DNA of 41,064 bases from Bacteroidaceae bacterium. GTDB taxonomy: Bacteria > Bacteroidota > Bacteroidia > Bacteroidales > Bacteroidaceae. How positions within the stretch are numbered: position 1 is the stretch's first letter; every line of letters starts with the position of its first letter. Under the pieces are notes generated by a model that was not told the origin of the DNA, ran no database searches, and saw only the letters and a program-made list of their open reading frames with translations. The DNA lies in contig JAKSIW010000001.1 in assembly GCA_024398555.1 (NCBI GenBank), forward strand, positions 1 through 41,064, in the 5' to 3' direction. Both the position numbers and the translations under genes were made by a program. Below are positions 36,138-41,064 of the stretch, in pieces.

Positions 36138-39113
36138 ATGAAAAGAAAATTGACGATGTTATTGACTTGTCTCCTCATAGGAGTAAGTGCAGTAACCGCT
36201 CAGATTTCGAACGTTACCGGTTATGTGACCAGTGCGTCGGATGAAGAGCCAGTGATCGGTGCAGCGGTCGCAGTCAAGGAGGTTCCGACCCTTGGCGTGG
36301 CAACCGACCTGGACGGAAGGTTTACATTCACCAATCTGCCTAAGGAGGCCAAGACTCTTGTAATCTCCTATATGGGTATGATTACACAGGAGGCCAGGAT
36401 TTCTCCTAACATGAGAATTGTGCTTCAGGAAGACGCAGAGCTTCTGGAGGACGTGCTCATCGTAGGTTACGGTACCACCAAGAGAGAGGCCAAGACCGGT
36501 TCCATCGCTACTGTCGTAGCTGATGAGATTGCCGAGATTCCTGCATCATCTTTCGACAAGATGCTGTCAGGTAAGCTCGCCGGTGTGCAGATTACCTCTT
36601 CATCAGGCCAGCCTGGCGCAAGCACCCAGATCCGTATCCGCGGTACCTCTTCCATCAATTCCGGCAACGAGCCTCTTTATGTTGTCGATGGTATTCCAGT
36701 GCTGACCGGCAATATGGGTGAGTTCACCAACACCGGTAATGCTATGGCAATGATCAATCCTGACGATATCGAGAGCATCACAGTCCTGAAGGATGCCGCA
36801 TCGACCAGCGTTTACGGTTCACGTGCCGCCAACGGTGTCATCCTCATTACCACCAAGAGCGGTAAGGAGGGCAAGAGCGTAATCACCGCGCGTGCCAAGT
36901 ACGGTATGTCATATCTGGCAAACGACAATGATTTCGGAGTGATGAACGGCCAGCAGCTGCTCAGCTATCAGCGTGCCGCCATCGTCAATGCCGGCAGGAA
37001 TCCGGATGACCCGACCTATGCATATTATCGTCCGTACGAGCTCCTCACCCGTCCTCAGACCAACTGGATGGACCACATGACCCGCAACGGCCAGATGCAG
37101 GAGTACGAGCTGAATGCCAGCGGCGGTTCACAGAAGACCAAGTACTACAGTTCTCTGTCATACCATCAGAATGACGGTGTTTACTACGGGGTCACTTTCA
37201 ACAAGTTCCAGGCACGTATCAACGCCGACCATCAGGTTAACAAGTACATCAATACAGGTGTCCGCATCAATGCAGGTACCATGTACAGTGAGGACGTTCC
37301 TATGCAGAGCCTCTATTATTCGAACCCTGCATTTGCAGGCATGACCATTCTTCCGTGGTCACCGGCATACAACGCGGACGGCACACATACAATCGACATT
37401 CCTGAGAACAGCTACACCAACCCGCGTGCGACTGCAGCCTATGACCAGCAGTGGGACAGGCAGTACAAGCTCAACGGAAACATGTATCTCGAGATTACTC
37501 CGCTCAAGGGACTCGTCATCAAGACCACCAATGCGGCCGAGCTGACATTTGAGGAAGGCCGCCGCTACTGGTCACCTCTGTCAGGCAAGGACCAGTCTCC
37601 TACACTGCAGACCACCGAGGACATGTACCGTGTTCTCACCACCTCGAACACCATTACCTACGACACCAACATCGGCAAGAACTATCTGCGCGTTCTGGCA
37701 GGTCAGGAGGCTATGGCTACTGATTATCATGGCAACTATCAGTATTCGTATGATTTGAATCCGGACATGCCTTACCACGTTGGCGGTAACCCGACAAATG
37801 ATTTGGATTATGGTGTCAGTCGCGAAACCATGCTTTCATTCTTCGGTATTCTGGACTACAACTACGATTCACGCTACTATCTGCAGGTCTCCGTACGTAA
37901 GGATGGAAGCTCACTTTTCGCAGATGGCTCACGCTGGGGTACATTCCCGTCAGTCGGTCTCAGCTGGAACATCCAGAACGAGAAGTTCATGAGCGGCGTA
38001 GATGCAGTCGATCTTCTGAAGATCCGCGCATCCTACGGTATTACCGGTAACAACAACATCGGTGCCTACAACCAGTACGGTCTTTATACAACCGTTACAT
38101 ACAACGGTTTCACCGGCATGTTCCCCGCATCTCCTTCCAACGACAACCTTTCATGGGAGAAGAACAAGTCATGGAATCTCGGTATTGACTTCCGCGTCTT
38201 CAAGAAACTGTACGGTAGCATCGATCTGTACAAGCGTACCACCGACGACATGCTTCTCTACAAGGGCTTGTCCAGAACATCAGGATTCTCCAGCGCCCTG
38301 CAGAACATCGGCTCCATGGAGAACAAGGGTATCGAGTTCCAGATTGACTATGATGCCATTCAGACCAAGGACTGGAACTGGACGGTGGGATTCAACATCG
38401 CTGCCAACAAGAATGAGATTCTGGACCTCGGCGATGACGAGATGCTTGCCTATTCCGGTGACAGCCGTATCCAGCATATTGTCGGCAACAGCCTCTTCAC
38501 CTATTATGTAAAGGACTACTACGGTGTCAATCCTCTGAACGGTGAGGCCCTGTTCGTCACTGAGAGCGGTGAGCTTACCAACGATTACAACAAGGCCCGC
38601 TACATCGAGGCAGGAAGTCCTGAACCGAAATATACCGGCGGTGTCAGCTCCACTCTGAGCTGGAAGGGCATTACCCTGAGCGTCGTATGCGAATTCAAGG
38701 GCGGCAACAAGATTTTCATCGTTGAGAACCGCTATCTGCAGTCAGACGGCAACCAGATGTCCATGAACCAGGCAAAGTCTGCTCTGAACTATTGGGAGAA
38801 GCCGGGTGACACAGGCTGTAATCCAAAACCTGTAGCCGGCAACACTTCGAACTCCTACAGCTTCGGTACAGACCGTTTCATTGAGAAGGGCGATTTCTTC
38901 CGTTTCAAGGATGTGACCCTCTCATACGATATGCCTCACAATATTGTCAGCAAGGCCAAGCTCAGTTCAGCCCGTATCTATCTGAGCGGCCAGAACGTCT
39001 ATACTCTCCACGATGTCAACTTCTGGGATCCTGAGCGTGGCATCGACGGTATGGGTGCCGGTGTTTATCCTATGACCAAATCCTTCATTGTAGGTTTGGA
39101 TCTTGCGTTTTAA
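36138..39113 (+). CDS. SusC/RagA family TonB-linked outer membrane protein
   Basis: 991 aa. A signal peptide is followed by a CarboxypepD_reg-like domain (VTGYVTSASDEEPVIGAAVAVKE...TDLDGRFTF), a TonB box and plug (VGYGTTKREAKTGSIATV) and the SusC-specific NSGNEPLYVVDGIP motif. The C-terminal barrel ends in an aromatic residue (...VGLDLAF). There is no N-terminal STN domain. Confidence 0.95.
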   Translation: MKRKLTMLLTCLLIGVSAVTAQISNVTGYVTSASDEEPVIGAAVAVKEVPTLGVATDLDGRFTFTNLPKEAKTLVISYMGMITQEARISPNMRIVLQEDAELLEDVLIVGYGTTKREAKTGSIATVVADEIAEIPASSFDKMLSGKLAGVQITSSSGQPGASTQIRIRGTSSINSGNEPLYVVDGIPVLTGNMGEFTNTGNAMAMINPDDIESITVLKDAASTSVYGSRAANGVILITTKSGKEGKSVITARAKYGMSYLANDNDFGVMNGQQLLSYQRAAIVNAGRNPDDPTYAYYRPYELLTRPQTNWMDHMTRNGQMQEYELNASGGSQKTKYYSSLSYHQNDGVYYGVTFNKFQARINADHQVNKYINTGVRINAGTMYSEDVPMQSLYYSNPAFAGMTILPWSPAYNADGTHTIDIPENSYTNPRATAAYDQQWDRQYKLNGNMYLEITPLKGLVIKTTNAAELTFEEGRRYWSPLSGKDQSPTLQTTEDMYRVLTTSNTITYDTNIGKNYLRVLAGQEAMATDYHGNYQYSYDLNPDMPYHVGGNPTNDLDYGVSRETMLSFFGILDYNYDSRYYLQVSVRKDGSSLFADGSRWGTFPSVGLSWNIQNEKFMSGVDAVDLLKIRASYGITGNNNIGAYNQYGLYTTVTYNGFTGMFPASPSNDNLSWEKNKSWNLGIDFRVFKKLYGSIDLYKRTTDDMLLYKGLSRTSGFSSALQNIGSMENKGIEFQIDYDAIQTKDWNWTVGFNIAANKNEILDLGDDEMLAYSGDSRIQHIVGNSLFTYYVKDYYGVNPLNGEALFVTESGELTNDYNKARYIEAGSPEPKYTGGVSSTLSWKGITLSVVCEFKGGNKIFIVENRYLQSDGNQMSMNQAKSALNYWEKPGDTGCNPKPVAGNTSNSYSFGTDRFIEKGDFFRFKDVTLSYDMPHNIVSKAKLSSARIYLSGQNVYTLHDVNFWDPERGIDGMGAGVYPMTKSFIVGLDLAF

Positions 39114-39132
39114 CTAAAATAGAATATTCAAT

Positions 39133-40578
39133 ATGAAAAAGATAGTTATTTGCCTTTCTATCCTGGTTCTTGCCATGACAGCCTGCTCGGATTTCCTTAC
39201 AGAGGAACCGAAGCTTTCACAGACCAAGGAGCTGACTCTGGCAAAGCCTAGTGGTCTGGATGATTCTGCTGCAGGCCTTTATTTATATCTGCAGAGCAAC
39301 GCATGGTACGGTTGCCAGTATGTGCTCAACAATGAGCTTATGGCAGGCAACGCAACCAATCCTGTCTCAAAACCTGGTTCAGGCCGTTATCGTACAGAGG
39401 AGCCTTGGAGCTTCACTGAGTCATCCACATGGTCAACATGGTCAATGGGCTATATCACCATCGCCGCTGCCAACAATGTCATCAACAACATCGACGGCAA
39501 GGTCGGAGACGGATACACACAGGCTGACCTTGACAACATCAAGGCTGAGGCACTCTTCATGAGAGCTTTCGTGCATTTCCAGCTTGTCACCATCTATGCA
39601 CTTCCATATCTGAACGGTACCAATGCCAATGAACTCGGCGTACCTTACATGAAGGAAGCGGTTATCGGTAGTCCTGCACGTGACAGTATAGGATACTGCT
39701 ATAACAACATCGTTGCCGATCTCGTAGAGGCAGAGAAACTTATGCAGGACGATTATCAGCGTGCATCAATATCCGATCCGCTGGCTTCCGTGACCAAACC
39801 GGCCATCCAGGCTCTTCTTTCACGCGTATATCTGTATATGGGCAGATGGCAGGATGCTGCCGATGCGGCTACCAAGGTCATCAAAAACAACAAGTTCAAA
39901 CTTTACTCACCTGCTGACTATCTGGCTATGTGGTCACAGAATGTTGCTTCTCAGGGAGGTGAAATCATTTTCGAGATGTACTCATCGAAGAAGAACGATT
40001 CATGGGATGACTCAGGCTGGACAATGCTTCCATATATCACATACGTGGACGGTTCTGCCGATGTGTGCGCAACAGAAGACCTTTTCAACATGTATGAGGC
40101 AGGTGATGTCCGTTCACAGCTCTTCGTGGCAAATGAGAACGACCACTTCATCACCAAGTATCTCGGCAAAGCCGCTTCGGTTGATCCAAAGGAAAACAAC
40201 GTGCCTATCCTCCGTCTTGCTGAAATGTACCTGAACCGTGCAGAGGCTATTCTGAACGGTGCCAGAGTGGAAGGTACTACCGCCGAGAAGGATCTGAACA
40301 CCGTCGCTGAGGCTCGCGGAGCATCGCACGTCTCTCCTTCAGCTACCACAATCTTCGATGAACGCAGGAAGGAACTTGCATTCGAGGGCCATATCTGGTT
40401 CGACTACAAGCGTCTCGGCAAGAGCATCAAGCGTGAAGACTACCGTGCACAGCAGACTCAGTACCAGAATGTCCAGTATTCAGGCAACGAGGGCCAGTGG
40501 GCTATGCCTATTCCACTGTCAGAAATCAATGCCAATCCGAACATGGTACAGAATCCTTATTACGATACTAAAAAGTGA
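39133..40578 (+). CDS. SusD/RagB family nutrient-binding outer membrane lipoprotein
   Basis: 481 aa with a lipobox (LVLAMTAC). It has TPR-like helical content, including RAFVHFQLVTIYALPY, LSRVYLYMGRWQDA, LRLAEMYLNRAEA, ERRKELAFEGHIWFDYKR and PIP. It lies immediately downstream of the SusC-like gene. Confidence 0.9.
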   Translation: MKKIVICLSILVLAMTACSDFLTEEPKLSQTKELTLAKPSGLDDSAAGLYLYLQSNAWYGCQYVLNNELMAGNATNPVSKPGSGRYRTEEPWSFTESSTWSTWSMGYITIAAANNVINNIDGKVGDGYTQADLDNIKAEALFMRAFVHFQLVTIYALPYLNGTNANELGVPYMKEAVIGSPARDSIGYCYNNIVADLVEAEKLMQDDYQRASISDPLASVTKPAIQALLSRVYLYMGRWQDAADAATKVIKNNKFKLYSPADYLAMWSQNVASQGGEIIFEMYSSKKNDSWDDSGWTMLPYITYVDGSADVCATEDLFNMYEAGDVRSQLFVANENDHFITKYLGKAASVDPKENNVPILRLAEMYLNRAEAILNGARVEGTTAEKDLNTVAEARGASHVSPSATTIFDERRKELAFEGHIWFDYKRLGKSIKREDYRAQQTQYQNVQYSGNEGQWAMPIPLSEINANPNMVQNPYYDTKK

Positions 40579-40580
40579 GA

Positions 40581-41064
40581 ATGTTTATGAATACTAAGAA
40601 AATATTATTCGGAATTCTGTCTGCAGGCCTGCTTCTCGCATCCTGCAACATCAACAAGCTTCCGTCATTCAGTGACGACGATGCTTTCATATCCTTCACA
40701 AAGACTTCCGCGCTTATTGATGAGAACAGTGCCGACAGTGTCGTACTTGAGGTCCTGTGCACATCACTGAATGGTAAGAACTGCAGCGCTCTTATCGAAA
40801 TCGTGGATTCTGCTGCAAATATGGCCAAGAGAGGTGTGAACTTCACCTATTATACAAGCTGCGGTTCGGATACTCTGAACTTCTCGAAGGAGAACACCTC
40901 GCAGTACATCATTATCAAGCCTATCGACAATGATGAATTCGGTGGAGACAAGAGATTCGGCATCAACCTGAAGTATATCGATTCCAATATCGGATTCGAC
41001 AAGACCTGTACAGTTACCATAGCTGATAACGAGCATCCTCTTGCAGCTATTCTCGGTACTTATA
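40581..41064 (+). CDS. PUL-associated surface lipoprotein with a Calx-beta-like domain (5' partial, runs off the window)
   Basis: This ORF is absent from the ORF track because no stop codon falls within the window. My own translation is MFMNTKKILFGILSAGLLLASCNINKLPSFSDDDAFISFTKTSALIDENS...YIIIKPIDNDEFGGDKRFGINLKYIDSN...CTVTIADNEHPLAAILGTY. It has a lipobox at LLASC and the Calx-beta-like pattern I.P.DND..GGD..F...L. ATG at 40587 is an alternative start. Confidence 0.6.
   Translation, partial: MFMNTKKILFGILSAGLLLASCNINKLPSFSDDDAFISFTKTSALIDENSADSVVLEVLCTSLNGKNCSALIEIVDSAANMAKRGVNFTYYTSCGSDTLNFSKENTSQYIIIKPIDNDEFGGDKRFGINLKYIDSNIGFDKTCTVTIADNEHPLAAILGTY

Noticed and set aside
1-41064. A search for mobile elements, prophage or defence islands, CRISPR arrays, tRNA/rRNA genes, toxin-antitoxin pairs, reverse transcriptases and long-range duplicated segments.
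   Set aside because: No integrase, transposase or recombinase-like ORF is present, and no spaced direct-repeat array. No intergenic gap exceeds 282 bp or is large enough to hold a tRNA with the right structure. I saw no abrupt shift in composition. Every ORF over 150 aa outside the known genes is an antisense shadow. I cannot rule out short dispersed repeats without a computational self-alignment.

Overview
This is a densely packed, roughly 50% GC chromosomal core region of a Bacteroidota (Bacteroidales-type) genome. The lineage call rests on three type IX secretion genes (porU, porV, sprA), a SusC/SusD pair, TAnnTTTG-type -7 promoter boxes in nearly every intergenic gap, and no obvious Shine-Dalgarno sequences. 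All product calls come from motifs and family recall, because no BLAST or HMM search could be run.

Gene content in order:
- MgtC-family protein, rubrerythrin, SUI1/YciH, a DsbA-like thioredoxin-fold protein and an FAH-family hydrolase.
- porU-porV-ispF.
- nadD-gmk-yicC on the minus strand.
- A seven-gene array with overlapping stop and start codons: tsaB-DUF4290-murA-rimM-M23 peptidase-dxr-rseP.
- A CCA-adding/HD enzyme, an orphan lipoprotein and an SNF-family Na+ symporter.
- ruvA-sprA.
- ddh-DUF2007-argF'.
- A minus-strand envelope cluster: PASTA protein, rluD, ddl, acyltransferase, NigD-like lipoprotein.
- The 5' part of a polysaccharide utilisation locus: SusC-like, SusD-like and a truncated Calx-beta-like lipoprotein.

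I found no tRNA or rRNA genes, CRISPR arrays, transposases, integrases, phage genes or defence-island hallmarks. The window looks mostly ordinary, and I cannot point to a convincing undescribed multi-gene system.

The observations most worth follow-up:
- A PII-like DUF2007 ORF is translationally coupled to argF'.
- argF' carries Ser instead of Pro at the acyl-specificity residue 90.
- ddl, an acyltransferase with an atypical HX5D spacing, and a NigD-like lipoprotein form a chain of overlapping genes.
- The 282-bp leader of a regulator-less PUL is rich in repeats.
- A repeat and inverted-repeat operator candidate lies in the ruvA/ddh divergent promoter region.
- Several convergent gene pairs have zero or negative spacing.
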